Part shown: positions 1 through 12,954 of the stretch, piece by piece | Layout: each line of letters begins with the position of its first letter | Position numbering within the stretch: the stretch's first letter is position 1 | DNA from: Botryllus schlosseri | Lineage: Eukaryota | Assembly: GCA_051294905.1 (NCBI GenBank) | Contig: CM119372.1 | Span: 12,960,001-13,024,000, forward strand | Reading direction: 5' to 3' | Length of the DNA: 64,000 bases | Notes under the pieces: generated by a model | Seen by the model: only the letters and a program-made list of their open reading frames with translations | Told to the model about the DNA's origin: nothing | The model's database searches: none | Translations under genes and position numbers: made by a program

Positions 1-308
1 CAAGCGAATAGTTAGTGATTTTAGTCACGCACCGTAACCCCGTCTGTGAAACTATCCTAGAACCACCGATATGGTAGAAATACAAGATGAAATGGATCTA
101 GATCTCCGCTAAATTAACTGTGGAGACTTCATATAGGCTACCATTATGTATGCGCTGTGGATGCTATGTGGATATTGCAGTTTATCCAACATATACAATA
201 TGAATTTACAGAGTAGCATATGATGATTTATTTTCGTAGTGTCATTAAACAAGTAGGCTATTTTGTGAAACATAAACACAATAAAAGCGTAATAACATTT
301 TATCCAAC

Positions 309-376
309 CTGGGATCTTTATCCTCTTCGATAGTCATGTTGCCGGCAATCTTGTCAAAGGCGCATCAGACGAAATA
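309..376 (-). other. Possible first coding exon of a further minus-strand gene (perhaps another SLC6 paralog) that continues beyond the left edge
   Basis: cag| acceptor at 377-378. ATG at 337 gives MTIEEDKDP-R, ending in phase 2 at a GT donor (308), the same phase and final Arg as exon 1 of the SLC6 gene. A 51-bp GT-AG intron lies upstream (377-427). Short and speculative. Confidence 0.3.
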
Positions 377-1600
377 CTGACAGGCAACTAATTTTGGTTA
401 GATTCGAAGGAACATATAGCATTTTACCTTTTTCTCAAACTACCTTCGAGAGAACGCGGCAACCCCTATGGTTTGCTAGCTCGAGTCCGACACAGTCGAC
501 TATAGAGTTACGGATTAGGTGTTGGAGATAGCCTATATCTAGGCTCCTTTCCGCCATCCGATCCGCGTCAGTGGCGTCTTACAAAAGAAAAGAACGAAAG
601 TTGCACCGTGTTGGTGTAAAATACGGGATTGCAATCAGGTCACGCGGTTCCGAGTCACGAGTCATTCTATGATTTTACTTTTGAATCGAGTCAACTCGAG
701 TCGTTACCATTTTATTATCGAGTCAAGTAAAAGTCAAAATACGTCACAATTAGGTCCCCGTCAAGAGCGGTTCATTATTTTTTGTGTGTGATCTCATTGT
801 GGCGATATTCAAAGTATCACGTGCAGAATGAAATCTATTTCTGCTTGTAAGACTTAAAAGTAGATCCGATTTTCAACGACTTGTATTCCCCATAATTTTT
901 GACTTGGTTTTCGTTATTTACGGTTTCTCAAGTAGAAGTATATGATATTCATTCTGTGTCTACGTTATATTTTATCTTGCTAGAGGGGGAGTAATGTCTA
1001 TCGCCCTTGACCGGTATTCCTCAGATAAATTATGACGAAATTAGGACTCACTCCTTAGAAACGACCGAAACATTCAGTTCGTCTCCATTCAGGTGTCTAT
1101 ATTTTGCACAAGGGGCACAATGAACGTAAGGATCATAACGAAACCTAAGGCTGATATTGAAAAATTATGACCACGAGAAAACTAATGAACGAACATTGTG
1201 ATGCAGCTAGCAGCATGATCAAAATGAAAGGTGTAGGATGCAGTGTACAATGTGCCCAGTGGCTCGAGTACAAGTAGAGTCTATCCAAAAATCGACTGAA
1301 GTCGAGTCACGAAAAAGTTGAGTCTCGAGTCCTTACAACCCTGGTAAAATAACCAATGTATAGCATAGCCGAAACACCATGAATACTAAAAAATAGCCAG
1401 CATCATGTTTATATGAGAGACAAATCTATTCAATCTAAATCCTAGTCAGAATTCGCAAATATCTTAAGCAAGTTCTTCAATCCATCTTTCAAGTTCAAGC
1501 CCATGCTCATCTCTGCTAGACACAACCTTCGACTGCATTTTGGCGTCACAAATAAATACGTATAACTACACAGGCAATTGAAACTGGAAACTATCAAGGA

Positions 1601-3618
1601 AGTAGTGTGGGTTGAATCGTTTGTTGCGGACCCTCGGGCTATTTAGAATGTAAACTCTCTCATAATATAATTTACGTCGGACTATGCCCGGTTTATGACG
1701 TCATCACAGAGGAATTAGGCGTCTGCAGTAGGTTATAGGTTCGATTCCCACTTATTCTATTATGTGTATTTTCCTGGATATTCTATTATGTGTATTTGGA
1801 TTAGTAAATAACTACTTCTAGCTTAATTTAATGGATTTATCTTAGATCATGGCTTTACTTAAATGTTTTTTATGCTTATAACGAAAAGCTACTTTAGTAT
1901 TCTAATGGAGTGCAAATACTTGTTTACTTATCAATTTTGAAGGCTTGCGTCGTTTGTGCTATGATACGCAAAATTAATGTGTTCAAATCAGACCTGTCAT
2001 AAACATAGTGATGTCGCATTAGTCCTAAATACACATGCTAGAATATCAAGGAAAAGTATCATCTAACGTATAATGAATGTTATTTATTTCTCGGAAGCAA
2101 GTCATTATCAAAACATAGTGATCAAAATTATCGCAGAGCAATACCGATTTTGCGTAAATTCCGAACAAAATCCAGAGTGTAAGAGTCTTTAGTGCATCGG
2201 AATAGTGTAGTTTTCTATCTACTTAACAAAATTTATACGATTTTTTCTTGCTGCGTTCCGGTATAAAATGTAATTTTTCGCGCTTTTTGTTTATTTTTAA
2301 TAAAATTAGTATTCATTATACAAAAACGCCGTGCAAAGGTAAAGTACGAATACAAGTACAAGTTGAGATTTCAAAGTAAGTAAGTGGCTATGTTCGTAGA
2401 CTAACCCCACTTCTACGTAACGATTTTTCAGTAAGTAGTTATGTTTCTAGGCTACTTTTACTTCTATTTTAACGAGTTTTCATACAAATCTGCTTTCTTT
2501 AATAACTTTCATCTTTTTCATCAGTGAGCGAAGGTAATACCGGTATTAACTCCATGCTCAGATGCGAGATAACAGCGACTCAGAGCTCATTTAGATACCT
2601 AAGCTACTTAAAAATTAGTACCCGAGTATTTGCTGCAATTATACTACCAGATAGTGATAGCCAGAGGGTTTCGATGGTGACGTACTTGTATAATGCACAT
2701 TTTGGAGGGATTAAGTAAAGCAATGATCTCAGATAAATCCATTAAATTAACGTAGAAGTATAGCTATTTACGAATAAAAGTTAGTATTCTATAGGTCTAT
2801 ATTTCTGTTTAATACTGAAAATGTCTTGAAGTTGAAGCAATCTGAAATCATAAACACTTTAGTAATAGGTACATATACGCGAAAAGCTACTTTAGTATTC
2901 TAATGGAGTGCAAATACTTGTTTACTTATCAACTTTGAAGGCTTGCGCCGTTTGTGCTATGATACGCAAAATTAGTGTGTTCAAATACGACCTGTCGTAA
3001 ACATAGTGATGTCGCATTAGTCCTAAATATACATGATAGAATATCAAGGAAAAGTATCATCTATAACCCTAACGTATAATGAATGTTATTTATTTCTCAG
3101 AAGCAAGTCATTATCAAAACATGGTGATCAAAATATCGCAGAGCAATACCGATTTACGTTAGTTTTAAAGTTGTTCCATCATGAAATGTGTGATGAAATT
3201 TTGTATGCTGCATAATCACAATGTCCTAGAGCTCATTTAGATACCTAAGCTACTTTAAAATTAGTACTCGGGTATTTGCCGCAATTATACTGCCAAATAG
3301 TTATAGCCAGAGGGATTCGATGGTGACGTACTTGTATAATGCACATTTTGGAGAGATTAAGTAAAGCCATGATCTAAGATAAATCCATTAAATTAGGCTA
3401 GAAGTAGTTATTTACTAATCCAAATACACATAATAGAATATCCAGGAAAATACACATAATAGAATAAGTGGGAATCGAACCTATATCCTACTGCAGTCGC
3501 CTAATTCCTCTGTGATGACATCATAAACCGGGCATAGTCCGACGTAAATTATATTATGAGAGAGTTTACATTCTAAATAGCCCGAGGGTCTGCAACAAAC
3601 GATTCAACCCACACTACT
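1601..3618. mobile_element. Non-autonomous Polinton/Maverick-like element (2,018 bp)
   Basis: Termini AGTAGTGTGG...CCACACTACT. ~262-bp near-perfect TIRs (1601-1862 / 3357-3618). 6-bp TSD CAAGGA (1595-1600, 3619-3624). No credible ORF. Interior contains direct duplications (~1881-2150 vs ~2880-3157; ~2582-2775 vs ~3228-3415). Confidence 0.8.
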
Positions 3619-3962
3619 CAAGGACTAGTATATATTCAAGAAATATCCATAATTGTAATTATATCATGCTTATGCAGCGGTTGTCAATATTTTTACTTTT
3701 CTCTTCCACTCGTTCATGTGACTCACTAGTATTACACATCCTCTACAATTCCTGTAATATGACGCCATACTATATGGTAAGTACAACAGAACAGCGTCGA
3801 ATTAATGGTTTGATCTCATGCAGATACATCGACTGTTTATCTGACGATGTTTGACCTTCTCCATTGCGAACATATCATCATTTATTGGTTACAAAGTAAC
3901 TATACGACATTCTATATAGGCGATAGCATACTTCTAAATACTGCAGTTATATGTTGTCACTG

Positions 3963-6438
3963 TCAAGCAATCATTGTCGTCATGGCGAGATCATTTTCAG
4001 TTGCATCCGACGTCGTGGTATGTTTCCATTTATGTTAAAAGATTCATAACCGTCGATGATTCTAAACGCCATTACTACCCTCACTACATCATACTATAAT
4101 CTCAAATAGACATTTAAGAACTCAAATTCCGCATATTTAACTAACATTAAAGATAGGCACGATATAGTCCAGGGGCGGGCAACTTCTCCAGTCGGCGGGC
4201 CGGATTGCGGAATCGATACATTATTCGCCTATTCATCCACATGTACTATGAATAAATCGTATTTAATTAATGTATTTCAACGACAGCAATGTCACTTCAA
4301 ATACACTTCTCGCCAATGTGGATTTGAGAACGGCATTGTCGTAGAGGCTTAGCCATGCCTGCTTCTCTCTAATCAATCAACCTACGCTGCAATCATAATG
4401 TCCTATATGGCGTGGACACAAGCAAATCTCTCGGCCCTTTTAAATTGATCTACGTCACGCTGTCCATTTGGTCGAAGGCAATTTGACGGTAATTTTTGAC
4501 TGGCTTGACGAGCATTAAATTCGATTAAATTGGTATCAATCGAAAGCTATACCGTGGTACTCAGTGGTGGCTTTACGAACGGGGGGGGGGGGGGGGGGCT
4601 GGGCGAGAATTAGCGGGGAGGCCTTATAAGTATCTGACCGTAACTTCTGGAGCCCCCCAGACCCCCCTTTCCCGCGGTAAGGTTTGGCCAGGTGCTGGAT
4701 TCGGCTATGTATATTATTGCATGTGTCTAAGGTTAGACTACATCAAGACTAAGTAATTCTACCGCAGGCAGAGACGTGTTGATCATCGGGATACGGGACT
4801 TGTCTAACAAATGCAGAGATTTGATGATGATTGACACATCCGTACGGAATTATATTCTTGCTTGGTACACGGATTTCCATGTTTATTCGTTATTATCCTT
4901 AGAAAAACGCATAATCCGTATAGGGGGCCCCTTCGACCAGGGGGGGCCCGGGCGACCACCCACCTCGCCCACCCCAAAACCCACCACTAGTGGTACTGAT
5001 TGCGGAAATATAAATTTTATTCTTCTCGTTGACCTGGAACCCCCCAAAAGGCAGCCTTGAATGTTGCATTTTAACGGAGTTTGGTATTGTGAAGCAACCA
5101 TGCCGTCTGGGAGCTGTTGAGAAGCAGCGTAAACCGCAAGCGTATTGGCCATTGCTGCGCCATCGATTGAGCATTCACACTCTCACTCTCGTGCGAAATT
5201 GCTCCTGAGCTGCTCAGATGGCATATGGTTGCGTCACAATACCAAACTCAGTTACAATGCCACATTCTAGGCTGATTTTGAGAAGTCCAGGACCACGAGC
5301 AGAATAATATTTATATTTTCGAAATGAGTACCAAGGTAGCTTTCGATTGGTACTCATTTTATCAAATTTAATGCTCGGCAAGCCGGTCCAAAATTATCGT
5401 CAAATTGTCTTTGACCATGGAAAACCCATTCAGTTTTCCATGCTTTGACCAAATGAAAAGTGTGACGTAGACCAATGTCCAAGAGCCGTGAGATTTGCTT
5501 GTGTCCACACCATAGAACACTATGGTGCATTCCTTTATTAAGATTTCGAGGCGTTCAAAAACTCCGATACCTCAAATTTACCAAGATATCAATTTATTAG
5601 GGTTAAGTAGGTGGCAAGATAGCGTAGTGGTATATTCCACAGCTACCACACCAATGGGTTATGGGATCGAGTCCGACCGATATCGACTCCAGTATTCCTA
5701 CCGAAGACTTGTAGGTTTATCTAGGCTCCTCCTCGCCATCTTATTCGCATAAGCAGTGTCTCACAAAATTCTCGAAGTGAGCCGTGCTTTAAGTCGACGG
5801 TTGCGGAATCAAAAATAATAAATATCGGCCTGGTGTAAATTAACATTGTAGTCGTCAAACACCATGATTACCACATCCACAAACAGCATTAGGGTTGAGT
5901 AGCCCACTACGTAAATGCCTAAAATGTAAGTCTTCTCGATTCGACGAACTTACGCTTAATCTCCACGATCGCACGCTGCGCACACACGTATATAATAACA
6001 TACAGTCACTAAAATGTTACGTAGTTAGCAAGTAGTGTGGTATCTCGGCAGACTGGGGCCACTATATGGCCGCAATATCATGTAAGACGGGAAACCGTCC
6101 GCGGGCCGTATGTTGCCCGCCCCTGATATAGTCGGTGCATTGAGCTGGTAAAATATGACTGTGAGAGTATTTTTATACACTGTGCACAACGATCGATATG
6201 AATACAAACGCTGATGTTGATTATACTTCCATAACAACATAGCACAAGACGTGGTAGAAATTCATACCTCGTGGAATGTAGTTCCGTGTGCTCTGCAGAA
6301 CACGCATGAGGCCACAACCGGAATACAAAGCATTGATGAAAGGTGAAGTAGCCATCCGATAACCTCGCCCCACCACGGATACGAATAATTTCCTAATATT
6401 AACGGAGTATATTCCGCACAGCATGCGATAAAGATGGC
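3963..6438 (-). pseudogene. Duplicated SLC6 3' exons (copy A: exon 13 at 6268-6438, exon 14 at 3963-4031)
   Basis: 6438-6268 encodes [57 protein letters not shown] (171 nt, AG/GT intact), paralogous to 15487-15317. 4031-3963 encodes KWKHTTTSDATENDLAMTTMIA*, but its acceptor is AT instead of AG. No upstream exons were found. Confidence 0.75.
4170..6125. mobile_element. Non-autonomous hAT-type element containing nested MITEs
   Basis: TIR CAGGGGCGGGCAAC / GTTGCCCGCCCCTG, 8-bp TSD ATATAGTC. Contains a long-TIR MITE (~4395-5524), which itself contains an element at 4562-4989 with 8-bp TSD GTGGTACT. Confidence 0.8.
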
Positions 6439-6579
6439 CTAAAGGTATAATACTGTAACTCAAAAATGCATTTTCGACTTGAATAACATGCCAGATATTA
6501 TAGCTTTACAGAAGACGTATTAGGTAGCGAAGTAGGCCTACAGACGGGTCACGTCATTCTTAGAAAAGACAGAAATATC

Positions 6580-7226
6580 AACGGCCTCTGCGTGTTCGTC
6601 AAGTCTCGATAAATCCCATTTATCGAAATGCCAACAGAAAGACTGGTGTTCTAAACATAGAAGATATGAGGAAGCTAGAAATTGCCAAGTATATGTATCA
6701 GTTCCATTGCGGTCAATGTCCCTCAAATTTCAACGACTACTTCACCTCGGAAACAAAAGCGCACAAGTACAGCACACGCGCGTCAACGAAGAACAACTAC
6801 CGTATGATCAGGACTGAATACAAGAAAACGCTTTGCTCTATATCAAGTATGCCGGACCCCAATTGTGTAACAGCATCTCGCCGGCTATCCGACAGTCGTC
6901 GAGCATGTCCGCGTTCAAGTCGAAATACAAGCAATTTCTTCTAAATCAATAAGCCAATCTTCAGGATTACCGGACCACGACCTAACATCGACCTAGCCCT
7001 CCGCCACATGCCACCTCATTTTGTCACTTGCGTCTTATATTCTCTGCATTACTTTTCATTCAGTGTGCATGCCTCTTATTTACTTCGCCTAGGCTAAGGT
7101 GGGTGTCTGATCTTAAAGGCTTCTCCAAGTTGTTTCGACACCTTCCTATCTTTTCATTGTATCGCAGTCTTGTGATGTTTTGAAACGATGAAAATATTAA
7201 TAAACCTGATTGATTGATTGATTGAC
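6580..7226 (+). mobile_element. 5'-truncated CR1/L2-group LINE (ORF2 C-terminus, 3' UTR and microsatellite tail)
   Basis: Peptide LEIAKYMYQF...HKYSTR...KYAGP...FKSKYKQFLL (frameshifted) is typical of the CR1/L2 ORF2 C-terminus. Ends in AATAAA followed by (TGAT)n at ~7199-7226. Confidence 0.75.
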
Positions 7227-8160
7227 TACATCTGATCGAGTCCCATATCGTAACACTTCGATGCCTCACCATTATGAATGTGTACCACGTGTACACTGTA
7301 CAGTGTAGGCACACAACCTATCAAGAAACTGTCAAGGTCACTCCTACAACGCTGTTTCGGTAGTTGTACTTCAAAATTGATATGGTAGGCGGAGACTTCA
7401 ACGGACACCGCTTTTCATGAGGTAGTAGCGAGATGAATACCTGTTGAAGGTGTGGTAGTTCTGAACACCACATAGCTCGCACTAACATATAGGCTACATA
7501 TCGTGTCCTAACCGCCGTAGTTTGTGAGACACCGTACCTTTATGGTGTCAGTTAACAAATATATCTGAAAGTTCTTCTCCGCCCTGATAGCTCCGAGAAA
7601 GTGCAACAGTAGGAAATGCGTGCCATAAATTTGGACGTGACGTCGATACCACAGAGATAGCTGGACTGGAATGGTTCTTTACGTGAAAATCTTATAGCTG
7701 TAGTCATAATACGGTGTCATTTTGAGGAAAACCGCTGATGGCAAAGTGTTTTTCAAAGCTTCAACTTCCATGTGAGACCACATTATATTCATAACGCAGT
7801 GCCACTGAGGGGAGTGTTTACCTAGTCGAGTGCACAATTCAGACAGTGCGCATTTATGAGCATAGGCTCAAAATCTGCAGCTGCAATCCGCCATAACCAA
7901 ACTATATTTTGCGTCGCTCTCGTCTGGAGTCTGCTGTACCGAGAAGTGTTCGGAAGCGCGCAACAAGAAAACACATCACTTCACAGCGGACCTATATACG
8001 AAACGTTTATAAACGCGAAAGATCTTCCTAAAAATCCTTAATATTAATGCTTTGAACCTTCATGAGACATCTAAAAATTACTGTAGATACAGTCAAAAAG
8101 CCCAAACCAAATTGCAACTGTTTCAAACTTTGCGAAACGTTTAGTAAGCGATAAAGATAT

Positions 8161-8413
8161 TGTTATGTTCGTGCATTTACGTTCGGTGTCGTACAGCTTT
8201 CTTTCTATAGGATGAGTAATTACCGCCAATCATTATTTCCTCGTGTGTCGTGCTTGTATTTATATCCTGTGTTCTGTTGTCTCGTGGTCTTTTCATTTAA
8301 CTGCACTCTGGATCGTGTCGCTGCCGTAAAGTTATACTGCTGATAATATACTGATTTCTTATTGCAACCTCGTCGCATTGAGTTATTGTTCAAACAAGAT
8401 CTAGAACATAACA
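8161..8413 (+). repeat. 5' LTR
   Basis: TGTTATG...CATAACA; direct repeat of 12651-12903. Confidence 0.97.
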
Positions 8414-8415
8414 AT

Positions 8416-8435
8416 TGGTGTCAGAAGTCGGATTC
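8416..8435 (+). promoter_or_regulatory. Primer-binding site, tRNA-Leu(CAA)-like
   Basis: TGGTGTCAGAAGTCGGATTC, 2 nt after the LTR. Complementary to the 3' end of eukaryotic tRNA-Leu(CAA) with one mismatch (from recall of the tRNA sequence). Confidence 0.8.
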
Positions 8436-8463
8436 ATAGTTATTTCTGCGACGAATATAAAGC

Positions 8464-11400
8464 ATGGATTCAGGTATATTTAAGCTGCTCGAGAAGCAGC
8501 AGGAAATGATGGCGGAACAACGCGCACAGCACAAGGAAGAGATGGCACAGCACAAAGAAGACATGAAGCAACAAAATGCTCAGCACAAAGAAGAAATGGC
8601 GCAATTAACGCAGAGGTTGAATCCCGGTGCATCAACATCTGAAGCTACCGCTCCCAAGTTTGATTCATTCGTAAAATCAAAGGAGAAATGGGACCAATAT
8701 CTGCAACGATTCAACCATCACCTAGCAATTTACGGCATTTCCAACATGGAGAAAAAAAGAGCGTGTCTACTCTCATGGGTTGGACCTGAAACGTACTCGC
8801 TCCTACGTAATTTGTTTGGTGCTGCTGATGTCAGTGCGCAAACTTTCGACGCGTTGACCGAGAAGTTGTCTACACACTTCAAGGACTCCATTCATGTGCA
8901 AGCAGCCAGGTACGAATTTTACAACTGTAAAATGCAACCGGGACAATCGTACGCCGATTGGATCGCTACTCTACGCGGAATATCCAAGGATTGCAACTTC
9001 ACATGCTCGAGAGAAGGCTGTGATCAGAGCTACGTTGATGAGCTAATGCGCGATCTCATCATTAAAGAAACGCCGCACGCGGATGTGAGACGGCATTGTC
9101 TAACACAAACCAATCCATCCCTCGACGACGTTCTCAAAGTAGCCGCAACATACGTGAGAACGCTGGAAACTGATAGGGTTATCCAGGGCGAGAGTAGCAG
9201 TAAAGACACTTCTATCGTCAACAAGATGACGGGAAGTTATCAGAAGGGGAAAAAACCTTCCAAATCAATCCAAGGCAACTTTCCGGAAAGACTGAAATCC
9301 TGCAGCCGCTGTTTCATCGATCACCAGAGAAAAGACTGTCAATATCGACATTCAGTATGTCAGAAATGTGGTCGTAAAGGTCATATCAAACCTGTGTGCA
9401 TGTCTACCAAACCTAGTATCACGCAACAGGTCACATCCGTCAATTTCTGCTCAGTGCCGCTCCTCTCCTTCGACATCGATCAACTATATCGACGCGTGGG
9501 AAACCAGCTCTGGATCAACTCCAGCATCAACGGCATTTCGTTGCCGACACAGTGGGACACTGGTGCACCCTCCGCCATGGTGGGATTGACTGGGTACAAA
9601 ACTTTGGGCTCTCCGAAACTCTCGGCATACCATTGCTCTTTCGTAGCGTACGGCGACAAGCCACTGAAAGTGAAAGGTATTTGCACTGTAACTGTGCAGG
9701 TGGGTTCGGAAGTTCGAGTTGGCTTAAAATTGGTGGTTCTCGACGAACACCGTGGGCAAAACATTTTTGGTCTTGATTGGAGCGATGCTTTCTCCATGAC
9801 CACTAAGGGAACGTCTGCTTTGGATGCAATTTCCTCGCAGATGGTCAAATCGCAATCATGTAATACTATTGACATTTCTGATTCGAACGACAAATTGGTA
9901 TCTTTTCAGTCCAAATTTCCCTCCGTTTTCTCTAATGTATTAGGACGATGCACCAAGACAAAGGTGACAATTCACTTGAAACCTAATGCCAAGCCCGTAT
10001 TTAACAAGCCACGCCCTTTGCCTTTCGCAAGGCAAATCGCTGTTCAAACCGAATTGGATAGATTAGTCAATCAAGGTATCCTCGAACCAATCAATTACAG
10101 TGATTGGGCAGCACCAATTGTTGCCGTCACTAAATCAAATGGATCAGTACGCATTTGTGGTGACTTCAAAGCATTGAATCAACAAATTCAGATAGATCAA
10201 CATCCCCTGCCCTCCTTAGATGAAATTCTTCACAAGTTACAGGGTGGTTGTATTTTCACGAAAATTGACCTTGCCGATGCTTATTTTCAGCTAGAATTAG
10301 ATGATGATGCGAAGAATTTGTGTGTCATCAACACGCAATTCGGTCTATTCCGTTATCGACGCATGTGTTTCGGAGTCGCATCTAGTCCCGCAAATTTTCA
10401 ACGCTGTATTGATGCCATGATCGCCGGCTTACCCGGTGTTGCTAGTTTTATCGATGACATAATCGTTACTGGCATTGATGAACGCGATCATTTTCGCAAC
10501 TTATCGCTACTCTTTGAGCGCCTCACCGAATACGGTTTCACCGTCTATTTCGCGAAATGTGAATTTTTCAAAAGTAGTATCGAGTACCTTGGTCATATAA
10601 TCGACAAGGACGGCAAACGCCCGTCTCACAAATCCGTTGAAGCAATCAAACAGTTGCCTAAACCTCGGGATGTTCGCCAGCTACAGGCATTCCTGGGCAA
10701 AGTCAATTATTATCGCGCGTTTATTCCTAATTTCACGAATAAAGCCGCTGCCTTGTACCGTCTACTTCAAAAAGACGCGAAATTAATTTGGAATACGGAC
10801 TGTGACGCAGCTTTTCGCATTCTCAAAAACGACGTAATCGACGCTACGCAGTTAGCTCATTATGATGTAAACAAGCAGCTCATTTTGTCAACTGATGCTT
10901 CTAAATTCGGAATTGGCGCTGTCCTCTCAATCGAGCACAATGGCGAAGAGAGACCCATCGCGCACGCATCGAAAACACTTTCAGATTCGCAAAAAATCCT
11001 ACTCTCAAATAGAGAAGGAAGCTCTGTCAATCATTTACGGAGTCACTAAATTTCGTCAATTCTTGTATGGCAGAAAATTTACGCTCGTAACGGACCACAA
11101 ACCGCTTTTAGCTATTTTCTCGCCGGACAAGAAAATTCCCGTTATTACAGCGCAACGCTTACAGCGATGGGCACTAACGCTCATGGCTTACCAATACGAT
11201 ATTCGCTATAAACCGACTAATCAGCACGGAAACGCCGACGGTTTATCTCGCCTACCAAAGGGTCCAGACCCTGAGTTTGACGAACTGGAAATTCGTGAAG
11301 AACGCGGAGATCGTTCACGCTATTAATATGGCATTCGATGGCTTACCGTTAACTCGCAATGAAATTCGCGACGCGACGCTGAAGGACAAAACCATGAAAC

Positions 11401-12617
11401 TAGTAAAATTATCTGTCACTCATGGTAATTGGAATCCAAAGACGCACATTGATGATTTTTCTTGGTTTTCGACTCGAAAACATTCGCTTTCTCTGCACGA
11501 AGACATAGTCATGCTCAATATTGATGGTTTTCAGCGCGTAGTAATTCCGCAGTCACTTCGCTCGCGAGTCTTATCATTGTTGCACGAAGGGCATTGGGGT
11601 ATCGCGAAAATGAAGCAGATGGCTCGACGTTACATCGCATGGCCTTCCATTAATCGCGACATTGAAAATCTCGTTAAGAGTTGCGACGCTTGCCGTAAGG
11701 TAATGAAAGCGCCTGATCGTCAGTATCGCGAATGGCCCAAAACTTCCGAAAGCTTTGATCGAATTCACTTGGACTTCGCAGGTCCAATAAACAACAAAAT
11801 GTTTCTTGTCATCGTCGATGCGCATTCGAAATATCCTTTCGTTAAAGTAATGAATGTCGGTTCTACCACAACCTTGTGTGTAGTCAACGCTTTGCGGGAA
11901 GTCTTCTCTATTGAAGGCTTGCCCGTAACAATTGTCACGGATGGCGGACCGCAATTCACATCGAATGAATTCGATACGTTTTGCTCCAATTTGGCAATCA
12001 GCCATATCGTATCACCGTCTTTTCACCCTGCCTCGAACGGGGAAGCGGAGCGTTTCGTCCAGACTTTAAAAGCTGGATTGATAAAAAATTGCGACGGGGG
12101 AAAAGATCTCAAGTTCGCGCTCCAAACACTTCTCGCTACATACCGATGTGCACCGCACCCGGGCATAGACTGGAAAACGCCTGCCGAGATTTTACATGGT
12201 CGGCAGCCACGCAATTTGTTAAGTTTGTGCTCGCCCTTCGATAAATCGAAGCCCGTTACGCCTAGACAATCAGTCACTCATTTCGAGATTGGTTCCTCGG
12301 TTTACGCTCGCAGTTACCGAAGCGGACCAAAGTGGGTTGCTGGCGGGGTGACGGAAATACTGGGGCGTGTTGTGTACATTATAAAAACGGATCATGGGTA
12401 TTGGAGGAGGCACAAAAACCAACTCCAACCACGCTTGATTTCAGCTGGCCATAATAATACAGCCACACAGGAAGTTGCTCAGCCTCCGCAGTCGCAAGCT
12501 GAGCAACCATTGGTTAGGAGCAGGGCACAAGGTCCTGCAGCTAGTCCTGCCCGTACGTCGGGTAGACGTTATCCCCTTAGAAATAGGAAACCCACCGATT
12601 TCTATAGACCTACGTGA
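8464..12617 (+). CDS. gag-pol: Gag-Pol polyprotein, broken by two frameshifts (~10991-10996 and ~11300)
   Basis: Two CCHC knuckles (CSRCFIDHQRKDC, CQKCGRKGHIKPVC), protease DTGA, RT FIDD, RNase H TDAS...YSQIEKEAL...TDHKPL, integrase H-EG-H/CDAC, HLDFAGP, VTDGGPQF, AERFVQT. Spread over ORFs 8464-11049, 10895-11326 and 11277-12617. Confidence 0.95.
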
Positions 12618-12640
12618 ATGTGGGCAACCCTCCAACTTAC

Positions 12641-12650
12641 AGGGGAGGAC
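12641..12650 (+). promoter_or_regulatory. Polypurine tract
   Basis: AGGGGAGGAC directly before the 3' LTR. Confidence 0.85.
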
Positions 12651-12903
12651 TGTTCTGTTCGTGCATTTACGTTCGGTGTCGTACAGCTTTCTTTCTATAG
12701 GATTAGTAATTACCGCCAATCATTATTTCCTCGTGTGTCGTGCTTGTATTTATATCCTGTGTTCTGTTGTCTCGTGGTCTTTTCATTTAACTGCACTCTG
12801 GATCGTGTCGCTGCCGTAAAGTTATACTGCTGATAATATACTGATTTCTTATTGCAACCTCGTCGCATTGAGTTATTGTTCAAACAAGATCTAGAACATA
12901 ACA
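12651..12903 (+). repeat. 3' LTR
   Basis: Direct repeat of 8161-8413. Confidence 0.97.
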
Positions 12904-12954
12904 GATATCACCAAAATTTTCGATATCAAATTGAAACTATTTTAACATTTACAA

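Larger units (their letters stand above)
8161..12903 (+). mobile_element. Full-length Ty3/Gypsy LTR retrotransposon, Mag-like
   Basis: 253-bp TG...CA LTRs (2 mismatches seen), 5-bp TSD GATAT (8156-8160, 12904-12908), PBS, PPT, and gag-PR-RT-RH-IN domain order. Confidence 0.97.

Noticed and set aside
5610..5770. tRNA gene
   Set aside because: Only A/B-box-like motifs with no cloverleaf; similarity to ~520-590 suggests a decayed SINE.
10985..11315. Programmed ribosomal frameshifting
   Set aside because: The shifts lie within or after RNase H, not at a gag-pol junction, and gag and pol are already fused in frame.
9030..12833. Antisense and alternate-frame ORFs overlapping gag-pol
   Set aside because: Shadow ORFs of the retrotransposon coding region, with no independent motifs.
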